Source of the DNA: a virus
Taxonomy: Duplodnaviria > Caudoviricetes
Reading direction: 5' to 3' (one strand)
IMG/VR virus record: IMGVR_UViG_3300037400_006004
Coordinates: 1 to 64,000 of that record
Length of the DNA stretch: 64,000 nt
A model generated the notes under the pieces. It searched no databases, had not been told where the DNA came from, and worked only from the letters and a program-made list of their open reading frames with translations. A program made the translations under genes and the position numbers. Shown here in pieces: positions 1 to 9,239 of the stretch. Numbering within the stretch: the stretch's first letter is position 1; each line of letters starts with the position of its first letter.

Positions 1-311
1 TATTACTTTATGCTAATACATTACTTGAAGACGTATCATTTACAGAACCTAATGATGTTAATAACTTTAGAATTCGTGGTGCAGAACAAGTTCCTGCAAT
101 GATGTATAAAGTATTAGCTGATGCATTCAAGCATTATAAAGACTCTAAACATGCTAAGAATCCTGTAAAAATTACAGTTGATCCAGATATTCTTACAAAG
201 AAACTTATGGAGCTTAAGACTATTGAATCTTATTCTTCACTTAATCCTTCTCTTGAATTAGAGAGAATGGGTACAGCTTCAATGAAAGGTCTTGCTGGTA
301 TTAATGTCAAT
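1..311 (+). CDS. Phage multisubunit RNA polymerase beta subunit, 5' exon (partial, runs off window)
   Basis: Open frame from nt 3 (LLYANTLLED...NFRIRGAEQV...KGLAGINVN); joins in frame to the exon at 1775 to rebuild the beta fork-loop/Rif-region motif. Confidence 0.85.
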
Positions 312-336
312 AAAATTTTTATTTAAAACAACACCT

Positions 337-348
337 AACAATCCTTTA
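337..348 (+). promoter_or_regulatory. Late promoter AACA-N6-TA inside an RBS-sequestering hairpin (336-372)
   Basis: AACA ATCCTT TA; 336-348 pairs with 359-372, covering AAGGAG. Confidence 0.65.
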
Positions 349-374
349 ATAAATAATTTAAAGGAGTTGTTAAT

Positions 375-1445
375 ATGGGAAATCCAAAATTAACTGAAGA
401 TAAATTCAAATCGAATATAAAATTTTTATATGGAAATAATTTTAAATTAATAGAATTTATAGATGGACAAACAAAATGTAAAATTCTTCATAATAAATGT
501 AATCAAATATTTGAAACTCTACCAAATGAATTTACTAGAAAAAGAGTTAGAGATAGATTTTTACAAGATTTATGTCCTAAGTGTAGAAAAGAATCTGAAC
601 AAAAAGATTCTGAAAAGAATATTAGGGAAAAAATTAAGATTTTAACTAATGGTAAAATTTCCTTAATTAGCTCATTTACTAATACTCATTCAGAAGCTAA
701 ATTTAAATGTAATATATGTAATAAAGAATTTATTACTGAACCTCATACATTAATTCAAAATGTAAAGACAAATAAAAATCCAGAAAAGAGTTTTGGTTGT
801 CCATATTGTTCTGGAAAATATCAAATGACAAATGAAGAATTTGTTAACAAAATTAAAGAATTAGATGATTCTTATGAATTATTAGAACCATTTGAAAATA
901 TGCATAAAAAAGTAAAAGCTTTTCATAATAAATGTAATAAAGAATACTGGATATATCCTGAAAATTTTATTCATAAAGGTGAAAGATGTCCTTGTGAAAC
1001 AAATCACATAAATTCAAAAATGGTTTTATTTATTGAAGAGTGTTTAAATAAGTTTAATATTAAATTTGAAAGAGAAAAGAAATATAATAATTTAAAAGGA
1101 AAAATAAATTATTTACCTTTTGATTTCTATTTAAATGAATATGATTTATTAATAGAATTTGATGGACAACAGCATTTTGATAAAAATTGTTTTTATGGTG
1201 AAAGATTTTCAGAAATTGTTAAAAATGATCGTTTAAAAAATAATTATTGTATAAAAGAATCTATTAGTTTATTAAGATTTCCATATAAATTAAAAAAAGA
1301 AGATATTGAAATTATTTTATTAAATTTAAGCAAAGAAGAAGAAATTTTTGAATATATAAAAAAATTTAATTTATTATTTTATAATTCTCAGGAAGATGAA
1401 TTTTATAATTTTAATAAATATTATAATACTTATAATAAAGTATAA
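375..1445 (+). CDS. Intron-encoded homing endonuclease: Zn-ribbon repeats plus Vsr/DUF559-like PD-(D/E)xK domain
   Basis: Repeated HNKC...CPxC units; C-terminal PFDFYL...LIEFDGQQH; AAGGAG RBS. Confidence 0.8.
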   Translation: MGNPKLTEDKFKSNIKFLYGNNFKLIEFIDGQTKCKILHNKCNQIFETLPNEFTRKRVRDRFLQDLCPKCRKESEQKDSEKNIREKIKILTNGKISLISSFTNTHSEAKFKCNICNKEFITEPHTLIQNVKTNKNPEKSFGCPYCSGKYQMTNEEFVNKIKELDDSYELLEPFENMHKKVKAFHNKCNKEYWIYPENFIHKGERCPCETNHINSKMVLFIEECLNKFNIKFEREKKYNNLKGKINYLPFDFYLNEYDLLIEFDGQQHFDKNCFYGERFSEIVKNDRLKNNYCIKESISLLRFPYKLKKEDIEIILLNLSKEEEIFEYIKKFNLLFYNSQEDEFYNFNKYYNTYNKV

Positions 1446-1774
1446 GCTTTGTTGACATTTAAATAAACCTTCCTAATTGCAGGAAAGACTAAACGAACTT
1501 AACTACCAAACTATAGTAGTAATACATATAGTGGCGAAGTTTAACAGACTTAGGTATGGTTAAAAGGTTAAGTTTTAAGTCCAATCGATGCAGCGAAGTA
1601 TCCTACAATGATAGGATATGAGTTCAGAGACTATCGAAACCTAATATACTAGTAAACTAGTTAAAAATAAGGTAAGTTGAAATACTTACACGAAGGGTTT
1701 TGTGTTGTTTTTTACCCCAAACGGAAGGCACGTTGTATTAGCCATATACAAGTGAAGATATAGTCCACCTAATG

Positions 1775-3181
1775 GAAGCTTATACTAAGAGAGTTCGTGG
1801 TTATAATGAGAACATGAAGAATCTTATATCCATTAACACTCCTGAAGGTAATCAGGTTGGTATCGTTAGACAGTTAACATATGACCCTAAGATTACTAAT
1901 ATATATGGATTTATTGATCCAGATAACAGTAAGAGTAACGGTTCTACTTCTCAGTATGACGTATCTGAGCTTATGAACCCTTCAACTACTACACACGCTG
2001 ACTCACCTCGTATTTCAATGCAATCAGTACAGCAAAAGCATATTGTATCAGTATTAGGACAGACTGCACCTTTAGTTGGTTCTGGTATTGAAAAGACTGC
2101 ACCTTATATGATTTCTGATGAGTTTGCATTTAAAGCTAAAGAAGATGGTGTAGTAGAATCTATTGATGTTAAAAATAAAGTTGCATTACTTAAATATAAA
2201 TCTGGTAAGCAAGATTTAGTAGATCTTGATATTGTAGAAACTAATAACTCTAATGGTGGTTTCTATAATTCTCAGAAGTTTGAAATGCTTTATAATGTTG
2301 GAGAGAAATTTTCTAAGGGTGCTATAATTGCTAAGAATCCTAACTTTTTCACTGGTGATGGTAAGAAAGATGATATTGTATATTGTCTCGGTAGAACTAC
2401 TAAAGTAGCTATCGCTTCTGGTGACTTTACACTTGAAGACTCTTCTATTATCACTGATGCTGTATCAGAAGGAATGGCAACTAAGGTTACAATGAGAAAA
2501 ACTAAGATTCTTGATAAAAATGCTACAGTAAGTTTTGTTGCTAAAGAAGGTCAGCCTATCAAAACAGGTGATCCTTTATTAGTATTTGAAAACTCTTTTA
2601 ATGATGAATCTATGAATGATATTCTTGGTAAGATTGGTTCAGAATTTGCTGAAAATATTGCTGAAATGGCTAAGAATGAACTTAAATGTAAATATACTGG
2701 TAGAGTTGTTAAAGTTAATATTTATTATACTAATGAACTTAATGAATATTCTGAAAGTTTACAAAAAGTTCTTAAATCTTATATCAGTGAAAAGAAATCT
2801 AGAAAAACTATTATTGAAAGGGTTAAAGGTAGTGGTTACGATTCATTAAATTCACCTATTATTGATAGACAAACAGAAACTAAAATTAAAGGTGAAGATG
2901 TTATTGATGGAGTAATGTTTGAATTCTTTATTGAGTATTATCAAGAGTTAGGTATTGGTGATAAGATTATTTATGGTACTGCTCTTAAAACTATTGTTTC
3001 TAAAGTACTTGAAAAAGGTGAAGAACCTTATTCAGAATATCGTGAAGATGAAAATGTTGAAGCAGTTCTAAGTCCATTAAGTATTAACTCTCGTATGACT
3101 CTCGATGTCTTTATTGATGGTTATGCAAGTAAAGCTTTAATAGAACTTAAACGACAGATAAAAGATATATATCAAGGATAA
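1775..3181 (+). CDS. RNA polymerase beta subunit, 3' exon
   Basis: TPEGNQVGIVRQL, HADSPRISMQSVQQKH, LEDSSII, GDK...K, LSPLSINSRMT match beta conserved blocks; stops before the normal beta C-terminus, as in split jumbo-phage RNAPs. Confidence 0.92.
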   Translation, partial: EAYTKRVRGYNENMKNLISINTPEGNQVGIVRQLTYDPKITNIYGFIDPDNSKSNGSTSQYDVSELMNPSTTTHADSPRISMQSVQQKHIVSVLGQTAPLVGSGIEKTAPYMISDEFAFKAKEDGVVESIDVKNKVALLKYKSGKQDLVDLDIVETNNSNGGFYNSQKFEMLYNVGEKFSKGAIIAKNPNFFTGDGKKDDIVYCLGRTTKVAIASGDFTLEDSSIITDAVSEGMATKVTMRKTKILDKNATVSFVAKEGQPIKTGDPLLVFENSFNDESMNDILGKIGSEFAENIAEMAKNELKCKYTGRVVKVNIYYTNELNEYSESLQKVLKSYISEKKSRKTIIERVKGSGYDSLNSPIIDRQTETKIKGEDVIDGVMFEFFIEYYQELGIGDKIIYGTALKTIVSKVLEKGEEPYSEYREDENVEAVLSPLSINSRMTLDVFIDGYASKALIELKRQIKDIYQG

Positions 3182-3184
3182 ATT

Positions 3185-3218
3185 AATTCCCTAAAGACAT
3201 AATAGTCTTTAGGGAATT
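3185..3218. terminator. Bidirectional intrinsic terminator hairpin
   Basis: AATTCCCTAAAGAC / GTCTTTAGGGAATT. Confidence 0.75.
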
Positions 3219-3278
3219 TTTATTTTATTCCGTTTATAAACATAATTATATCCGATTATAATTTAAGGAGTGATATAT

Positions 3279-5000
3279 ATGCGTTGGGATACAGAAACTT
3301 TTAAAAAAGAAGTAGAAAAAAATAAAAGTTATAAATTATTATCAGAATATACTGGCTGTCATAATAAAGTAAAAATTTTACATGAAAAATGCAATAATAT
3401 TTATGAAGTTACACCTACTAATTTTTTAGCAGGAAGAAGATGCCCTAAATGTGCTATTTTAGAGCATAATAGAGATATCGCTAAAAAGAAAAGAAATAGA
3501 AATAGAACAACAGAGAGTTTTAAAAAAGAAATTTATGATTTAGTTGGAGATGAATATACAGTGTTGGGAGAATATGTAAGTACAGATACCCCAATTAAAG
3601 TAAAGCATAATATATGTAATACAATATATAACTCAAAACCATATAATTTCTTAGCAGGAAGAAGATGCCCTAAATGCAGTAAAATTAAAAGTTCTGAAAA
3701 GCATAAAATAGGAATTGAAGAGATTAAAAGAAGAGTAGAAAAAATTTTAGGCGATGATTATGAAGTACTATTAAAGCAACCATATATTGATAACAATACT
3801 AAAATTAAAGTTTATCATACTAAATGTGGTAAATTATTTGAAGCAACACCTACTAATTTATTAAAAGGAAGAGGTTGTTCTCATTGTAATAAGTCTGAAA
3901 AATACACTACAGAAAAATATCAAGAACTTTTAGGAGATAACTATACAGTTTTAAGTGAATATAAAACAAATAAAGATCCAATTACAGTAAGACATAATAA
4001 ATGTGGATACGAATGGACTGCTAGAGCATTAGATATTTTACATCCTTGGTGTAAAAATGATAAAACTATAGAAAGATGTCCTAAATGTAATAAAACTTTA
4101 GGTAAATCTTATGGAGAAAAAGAAGTATATAAATATCTTAAAGAAGATTTAGGTATTAAAAATATAATTGAAAATGATAGAACAATTCTTGACGGAAAAG
4201 AATTAGATATTTATCTTCCAGATTATAATTTGGCTATTGAATATGATGGTTTATATTGGCATTCAGAAAATTTTGTTGATAAAAAATATCATATTAATAA
4301 AACCAATGAATGTAAAAAGAAAGGAATTCAACTAATTCATTTAATGGAAGATGAATGGACTAATAAACAGGAATTAGTTAAAGAAAAATTAAAATATATG
4401 ACACATCATTCAACTAAATCTGTTTATGCTAGAAAATGTTATATTGAAGAAATTTCGGCATCTGATAAAAATGAATTCTTAGAAGAAAATCATATTCAAG
4501 GAAAAGATTCAGCACAAATTAAACTTGGATTATGGTATGAAGAAGGAAATGAAGCTATATTGGTTGCAGTTATGACTTTTTGTAAACCAAGATTATCATT
4601 AGGTCAAAAAAATAATAAAACAAAATTTGATTATGAATTATCCAGATATGCAACACAAAATGGGTTTAACGTAGTTGGTGGATTTTCAAAACTATTTAAA
4701 TATTTTGAAAGAAATTATGAATGGAAGAATATTATTACATATGCTGATTTAAGATGGTCTGTTGGAAACCTTTATCTAAAAAATGGTTTCGTGTTAGATC
4801 ATATTAGTGAACCAAGTTATTCATATATTAATAAAAGTAATATTAAACGTTTTAATCGATTTAAATTTAGAAAACAAGAATTACAAAAACAATTTCCTAA
4901 TATTTATTCAAATAATAAAACTGAATTTCAAATTATGAAAGAAGCTGGCTATTTAAAAATTTATGATTGTGGTAATATGGTATTTTATTATAATAAATAA
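3279..5000 (+). CDS. Free-standing Hef-like homing endonuclease (Zn-ribbon repeats, Vsr-like nuclease, GNAT/Mom-like C-terminal domain)
   Basis: Four H-x-x-C...CPKC repeats; ELDIYLP...AIEYDGLYWH; ARKC..NHIQG..YELSRYA..TYADLRWS; late promoter 3239-3250. Confidence 0.7.
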   Translation: MRWDTETFKKEVEKNKSYKLLSEYTGCHNKVKILHEKCNNIYEVTPTNFLAGRRCPKCAILEHNRDIAKKKRNRNRTTESFKKEIYDLVGDEYTVLGEYVSTDTPIKVKHNICNTIYNSKPYNFLAGRRCPKCSKIKSSEKHKIGIEEIKRRVEKILGDDYEVLLKQPYIDNNTKIKVYHTKCGKLFEATPTNLLKGRGCSHCNKSEKYTTEKYQELLGDNYTVLSEYKTNKDPITVRHNKCGYEWTARALDILHPWCKNDKTIERCPKCNKTLGKSYGEKEVYKYLKEDLGIKNIIENDRTILDGKELDIYLPDYNLAIEYDGLYWHSENFVDKKYHINKTNECKKKGIQLIHLMEDEWTNKQELVKEKLKYMTHHSTKSVYARKCYIEEISASDKNEFLEENHIQGKDSAQIKLGLWYEEGNEAILVAVMTFCKPRLSLGQKNNKTKFDYELSRYATQNGFNVVGGFSKLFKYFERNYEWKNIITYADLRWSVGNLYLKNGFVLDHISEPSYSYINKSNIKRFNRFKFRKQELQKQFPNIYSNNKTEFQIMKEAGYLKIYDCGNMVFYYNK

Positions 5001-5006
5001 AAAAAT

Positions 5007-5033
5007 ACCCCTAAGACAATTTGTCTTAGGGGT
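5007..5033. terminator. Bidirectional terminator between convergent units
   Basis: ACCCCTAAGAC / GTCTTAGGGGT. Confidence 0.75.
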
Positions 5034-5039
5034 TATTTA

Positions 5040-5423
5040 TTAAATAAGTTTTATAATAAGATATGATAGAAAAGAATCGGAAACTATATAATGCTCTTTA
5101 CAGTAATTAGTAGAATAATAACCGTATTCAGTTTTGTGTTCTTTAACTAATTCAAGTATCTTTATAACATTTTTCTCAATAAATTCTTTATTTTCTGCTT
5201 GTATTATTTTATAAAATGGTCTAGAATCAGTTGTTATTGCTGAAGTATTACTTTCATTAATGATAACTGTTAAATAATCAAAAATATGTCCATCTGCTAT
5301 TTCTTTTATTATAGTAGCTTTATCTCTATTATATTTTTTTAAATTTTTTTCTCTATAACCTTGTAAGTTTAATATTTCATCCATTAAACTTTTTACTCTA
5401 TTTGGATCATTGATAACTTCCAT
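5040..5423 (-). CDS. Array protein with shared C-terminal module
   Basis: Ends YIVSDSFLSYLIIKLI; start moved to ATG after AGAGGA. Confidence 0.7.
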   Translation of the reverse strand: MEVINDPNRVKSLMDEILNLQGYREKNLKKYNRDKATIIKEIADGHIFDYLTVIINESNTSAITTDSRPFYKIIQAENKEFIEKNVIKILELVKEHKTEYGYYSTNYCKEHYIVSDSFLSYLIIKLI

Positions 5424-5433
5424 TATATCCTCT

Positions 5434-6027
5434 CTAATCAATTATTTCTTTAAGACTTAGTAATGCATAAGTTTCTTCATCTACTGTACAAATAATAAGA
5501 TCCTTCCAAAATCTTTTACCATTATAAGCTTGCCCTATTCCTGCTTTAGCTTCTTTTACTACAGTTATATTTTTTATTTTAAGTATATTATCATCATTAA
5601 ATAAATAATTTATAAAAGAATGCCATTCTACATAACAAGATTCTTTACCAGTAGTAATTATAAAAAATCTAATACTATACATTATATCATTATTTATAAG
5701 TCTTTCTTCAATTTCATATTTATTATTTATCACGAAGCAATCTTTACTATTAAAAGCATATTCTATAATTTTATCTGAATTTATAACACATTTTTTATAA
5801 CGTTTATTTGGTTCATTTAATTTTAATGCTAATTTATATCTACAATAAGTATAACTAAAATTTTCTGGATTATTTAGAAATTCAAAAGTACTAATGGTTT
5901 TATTTTTACATTTAAAATCATCGAAAATAATAAAATCAAATAGGTCTGGTAATAATGAAATTTTGGCTCTACACACGTCATTTAAATCTTTATAAAATGG
6001 TAAATGAAATGCTATATTATTACTCAT
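5434..6027 (-). CDS. Array protein with shared C-terminal module
   Basis: Ends CTVDEETYALLSLKEIID; TAATG coupling with the upstream gene. Confidence 0.75.
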   Translation of the reverse strand: MSNNIAFHLPFYKDLNDVCRAKISLLPDLFDFIIFDDFKCKNKTISTFEFLNNPENFSYTYCRYKLALKLNEPNKRYKKCVINSDKIIEYAFNSKDCFVINNKYEIEERLINNDIMYSIRFFIITTGKESCYVEWHSFINYLFNDDNILKIKNITVVKEAKAGIGQAYNGKRFWKDLIICTVDEETYALLSLKEIID

Positions 6028-6194
6028 TATTTTACCTCCCAAAGCTGTTTAATAAGTTCCTTTCTAGTAGTGAAAACATCTGGGTTATTTCTATAAAGAT
6101 CTTCAATATACATATCTGCACCTACTTCAGTATAACGAATACCAAAAATTCTATTAGTAGCTGCCTCAATAATAACATAAACTGAATTTTTCAT
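6027..6194 (-). CDS. Small hypothetical protein (55 aa, not in ORF track)
   Basis: MKNSVYVIIEAATNRIFGIRY...KQLWEVK; GGAGAAG RBS; fills the gap exactly. Confidence 0.65.
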   Translation of the reverse strand: MKNSVYVIIEAATNRIFGIRYTEVGADMYIEDLYRNNPDVFTTRKELIKQLWEVK

Positions 6195-6196
6195 AA

Positions 6197-6541
6197 TTAA
6201 TCTTCTCCTAACTTTAAAATTTCATAATAAGCATAAAATTCATCAGATACAGTAATAATTGTATCAAAATTATATTTAAAATAATTTGCACAATTATCTT
6301 TAGTGTAAGTGTCTTTGGCGGTTGGACATCTCTGTGTAAAAGATAAGAAAGTACTTAGTACTGTATCCTTATCGTCTTTAATATTATTATAATAATCCTT
6401 TAAGATTTTATCATCGATTTCTTTAAAATCATTTTGATTACTTGCAGGAACTATTCTTACATGATCTATACGGTTGTGACTTTTATTTAAGCCACTAATA
6501 GCAAGATCGAATTTTTTTAAAAATTCTTCAGTTTGGTTCAT
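6197..6541 (-). CDS. Array protein with shared C-terminal module
   Basis: Ends ITVSDEFYAYYEILKLGED. Confidence 0.75.
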   Translation of the reverse strand: MNQTEEFLKKFDLAISGLNKSHNRIDHVRIVPASNQNDFKEIDDKILKDYYNNIKDDKDTVLSTFLSFTQRCPTAKDTYTKDNCANYFKYNFDTIITVSDEFYAYYEILKLGED

Positions 6542-6942
6542 TATAAATCCTCCTCTAAATATTTATATCTATATTGATATGCCGTTTGATTTGGGATAGT
6601 TTTAAGGATATCCTTAAGTTTTTCTAATCCAGTTTTTTCATTAATAGTATCAAGTAAAATTAACTCAGCATAACTATTTTCTTTTAGGAATATATTAATT
6701 TCCATATATTGTGCGTTCATTGTTTGAGGCCCTTCTAGTGTAGTAAGCTCAACAGTTGTTGTTTTTACTAAACCAATAAAGTCAAGAAGATCATCGTAAT
6801 GATCTTCTATATACTTTTTATTAAAAAGGCTATGATTTTTTAAATCATAAGTTTCATTAGTATTTCCATTATGTAAGATATAAACTCCAGTACAATTATA
6901 TTTTTGATTAATATCAAGCCATTCTTTTAATGTTTTTTTCAT
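6541..6942 (-). CDS. Array protein with shared module
   Basis: IFLKENSYAELILLDTIN followed by a short tail. Confidence 0.75.
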   Translation of the reverse strand: MKKTLKEWLDINQKYNCTGVYILHNGNTNETYDLKNHSLFNKKYIEDHYDDLLDFIGLVKTTTVELTTLEGPQTMNAQYMEINIFLKENSYAELILLDTINEKTGLEKLKDILKTIPNQTAYQYRYKYLEEDL

Positions 6943-6943
6943 T

Positions 6944-7303
6944 TTAACTCCTTTCAATTTCTGCTCTTAAATTAACAGTTGATTGATGTCTATTTGATGA
7001 AGTATCTAACATATTTAATAAAGTTAACTCAATATAAATATTTTCTGGAATTTTTATTAATAAATAGCTTATAGGGCTATTCGGTTTATTGGGAAAAGTC
7101 CATGCAATAGCAACTATAGATTGATTAATTAATTTTTCTCTATCGTTTAGCATATTGTCACGAAACCATTTAAAATATATTCTTGGTTCAATAATTGTTT
7201 TCTCATCTTCATTATATGTAATTACAATTGTTGTAAAACCTTTTATAGATAAAACTGTTTCTCTCCATTTAAAATATTTTATTTCTTTTTCCTCTTCTGT
7301 CAT
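6944..7303 (-). CDS. Array protein with shared module
   Basis: IKIPENIYIELTLLNMLD. Confidence 0.75.
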   Translation of the reverse strand: MTEEEKEIKYFKWRETVLSIKGFTTIVITYNEDEKTIIEPRIYFKWFRDNMLNDREKLINQSIVAIAWTFPNKPNSPISYLLIKIPENIYIELTLLNMLDTSSNRHQSTVNLRAEIERS

Positions 7304-7305
7304 AG

Positions 7306-7722
7306 TTAATCTCCTATTTCATTACCATTAATTAATTCAAGTAGATCAAAATAAACAAAAGCATCTTTTGATACATATACTTTCATAGTTACATAATTTT
7401 TAATATAATGAAAATAATAATGAGAATTTTTCATTATAGATGGTGCGTTATTAGTCTCTAGTCTAAGAATATGGTCACTAATATTAGTTTCATCTAAATC
7501 AGATGCTTTAATATAATCAAAGAAACTTTTTGGATTTCGTAGCATAGTTTCTTCTGAATAATATAAAGAATGTAAATTGTCTTCATATATTAGTTTAATT
7601 TCTAATTGTACGTCAGACCGACTTAGATAATATTCTTCAATATCCTTTAATTGATTAATTAGTATTTTATTTTTTTCTTCTTCCGATTGCCAAAATACTT
7701 TTAGTTCATCATCTAATCCCAA
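7306..7722 (-). CDS. Array protein with shared module
   Basis: VYVSKDAFVYFDLLELIN; TTG start after GGAAGTG. Confidence 0.75.
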   Translation of the reverse strand: MGLDDELKVFWQSEEEKNKILINQLKDIEEYYLSRSDVQLEIKLIYEDNLHSLYYSEETMLRNPKSFFDYIKASDLDETNISDHILRLETNNAPSIMKNSHYYFHYIKNYVTMKVYVSKDAFVYFDLLELINGNEIGD

Positions 7723-7745
7723 CTATATCACTTCCTTTCATTTAT

Positions 7746-7753
7746 ATAATATA
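7746..7753 (-). promoter_or_regulatory. Early-type promoter TATATTAT (internal to array)
   Basis: Motif shared with upstream regions of many non-structural genes. Confidence 0.55.
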
Positions 7754-7762
7754 TAAATGATA

Positions 7763-8224
7763 TTATTCAATAAGATTAAGTAACTCGAAATATGTAAAAG
7801 TTTCTTCATTGACTTTAAAGCAGTATGTCATAAATTTAAAAAATGAAGGAGGAATAGCAGTTGCTAAACTTACACCATTCCTTAAGTTTTCAATATACTC
7901 TAAAGCTTCTTCATCTTTTGTATCAGATACTACTGTAAATGAAGGAGTTAATTCTAAGAAAATTTCTTTTAATTTATTTTCATCATTGACAAATTCTTTA
8001 ATAAATTTAAAAAACTCAGTATGATTTATTCTAATTGTTTTTGTATCGTCATCTGGAGGCATAAGATAAATAGTTAAAGGACATAAAAAAGCTTTTTCTG
8101 CTTTTTCTAATAATGGAATTATTTCTATTAAAAAGAATTTTTTAATATCAGTATTAAATAGTTCTATTTCAGGAATATTAGTTTGAACACAATCATCTTC
8201 AAGAAATTCATTAAATGTTTTCAT
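7763..8224 (-). CDS. Array protein with shared module
   Basis: FKVNEETFTYFELLNLIE. Confidence 0.75.
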   Translation of the reverse strand: MKTFNEFLEDDCVQTNIPEIELFNTDIKKFFLIEIIPLLEKAEKAFLCPLTIYLMPPDDDTKTIRINHTEFFKFIKEFVNDENKLKEIFLELTPSFTVVSDTKDEEALEYIENLRNGVSLATAIPPSFFKFMTYCFKVNEETFTYFELLNLIE

Positions 8225-8367
8225 ATAATAGTAAGATCTCCTTTCCGATCTAAAGTATTATGCAATTTAAGTAAACTTTCAGTTGATTCTGGAAAATATA
8301 TATACAGAATACCCATAGAACTATTATACCAACTTTTAAATTCTATTTTAGTTATCAATCTGATCAT
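8221..8367 (-). CDS. Minimal array member (48 aa, not in ORF track)
   Basis: MIRLITKIEFKSWYNSSMGILYIYFPESTESLLKLHNTLDRKGDLTII; GGAGGA RBS; ATGA overlap with the next gene. Confidence 0.6.
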   Translation of the reverse strand: MIRLITKIEFKSWYNSSMGILYIYFPESTESLLKLHNTLDRKGDLTII

Positions 8368-8887
8368 AATCGTGTTTATCCTCCTTTACTAAAGAAATAG
8401 TCATAAAATATGCTTTAACTGCTTCACTACATGTTATTGTATAAATTCTTCTAGCTCCGCCTTCTCTATGCTTTCTAAGATTTTTAATTCCTGTAGGATT
8501 TAAAGTATATCCTGTTTCTTCTACTCTAAATGAAAAGAAATTTTCATTAATAAACTCAGTATTTTTTTCATTTAATAATTCATTAATATAATTAATAAAA
8601 TCAGTAATAGGAAATGTTATTTCATATGTATTATATGTCATAATCCTTGGTGAACCAAGAGAAGAAGTAAAATTACTAATGGCAGTAGCACCATCTTTAA
8701 CAGTTCTTTTAACATAAAATTCTTTAAAATATCTACATCTAAATTCCATATTAAGCCAAAAATCTTCATCGGATCTCATATTTACAATATCAGATCCTTC
8801 TTCAATTGTTTCAAGTAAATCTTCAAATACTTCAAATTTAGTTTTAGGTTTCAAATTTTCAAAAAATTCAGTTGTATTTCTAGTCAT
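8348..8887 (-). CDS. Array protein with shared module
   Basis: ITCSEAVKAYFMTISLVKE; closest to 9240..9932. Confidence 0.75.
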   Translation of the reverse strand: MTRNTTEFFENLKPKTKFEVFEDLLETIEEGSDIVNMRSDEDFWLNMEFRCRYFKEFYVKRTVKDGATAISNFTSSLGSPRIMTYNTYEITFPITDFINYINELLNEKNTEFINENFFSFRVEETGYTLNPTGIKNLRKHREGGARRIYTITCSEAVKAYFMTISLVKEDKHDYDQIDN

Positions 8888-9238
8888 TTAAATTCCCTCC
8901 ATAGGAAAACCTAATATATCTATTATTTTAAGATAAGCATGTATACTGTCGTAAAGTTCATTACGACAGTATACATGAATTATACTAAAAGTATCATCGC
9001 CTTCTAAGCCTTCTAAAGTAAATGGTGAATATACACCAATTTGCTTAACTAATGTAGAATGATCTATCTTTTCTGATAAATTATCAATTGTTTCTAAAAG
9101 ACTTTTTAGATAGGTACATGGAAAGTAAAGTAATATTTTAGTATCATCTTCATTATGTATTACAGAATATTTGACATTTTCATCGGTTGATAAAGCAGAA
9201 AGTAACTGAGATACAGTAAGATCTTTAACTTCTGTCAT
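8888..9238 (-). CDS. Array protein with shared module
   Basis: VYCRNELYDSIHAYLKIIDIL. Confidence 0.75.
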   Translation of the reverse strand: MTEVKDLTVSQLLSALSTDENVKYSVIHNEDDTKILLYFPCTYLKSLLETIDNLSEKIDHSTLVKQIGVYSPFTLEGLEGDDTFSIIHVYCRNELYDSIHAYLKIIDILGFPMEGI

Positions 9239-9239
9239 T

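Larger units (their letters stand above)
312..1774 (+). mobile_element. Group I self-splicing intron (IA-like) with homing endonuclease in the P1 loop
   Basis: P1: exon AATGTCAAT(303-311) pairs with GTTGACATT(1451-1459), giving a U.G pair at the 5' splice site; P10: TAAGCTTT(1443-1450) pairs with 3' exon GAAGCTTA; core AATTGCAGGAAA, GTTCAGAGACTA (R), AAGATATAGTCC (S), P3 CCTTCC/GGAAGG; terminal G1774. Confidence 0.92.

Noticed and set aside
1772-1774. ATG start of the 469-aa ORF; 99..326 as a separate small gene
   Set aside because: The G of this ATG is the intron's terminal G and there is no RBS; both ORFs are exons of one beta gene
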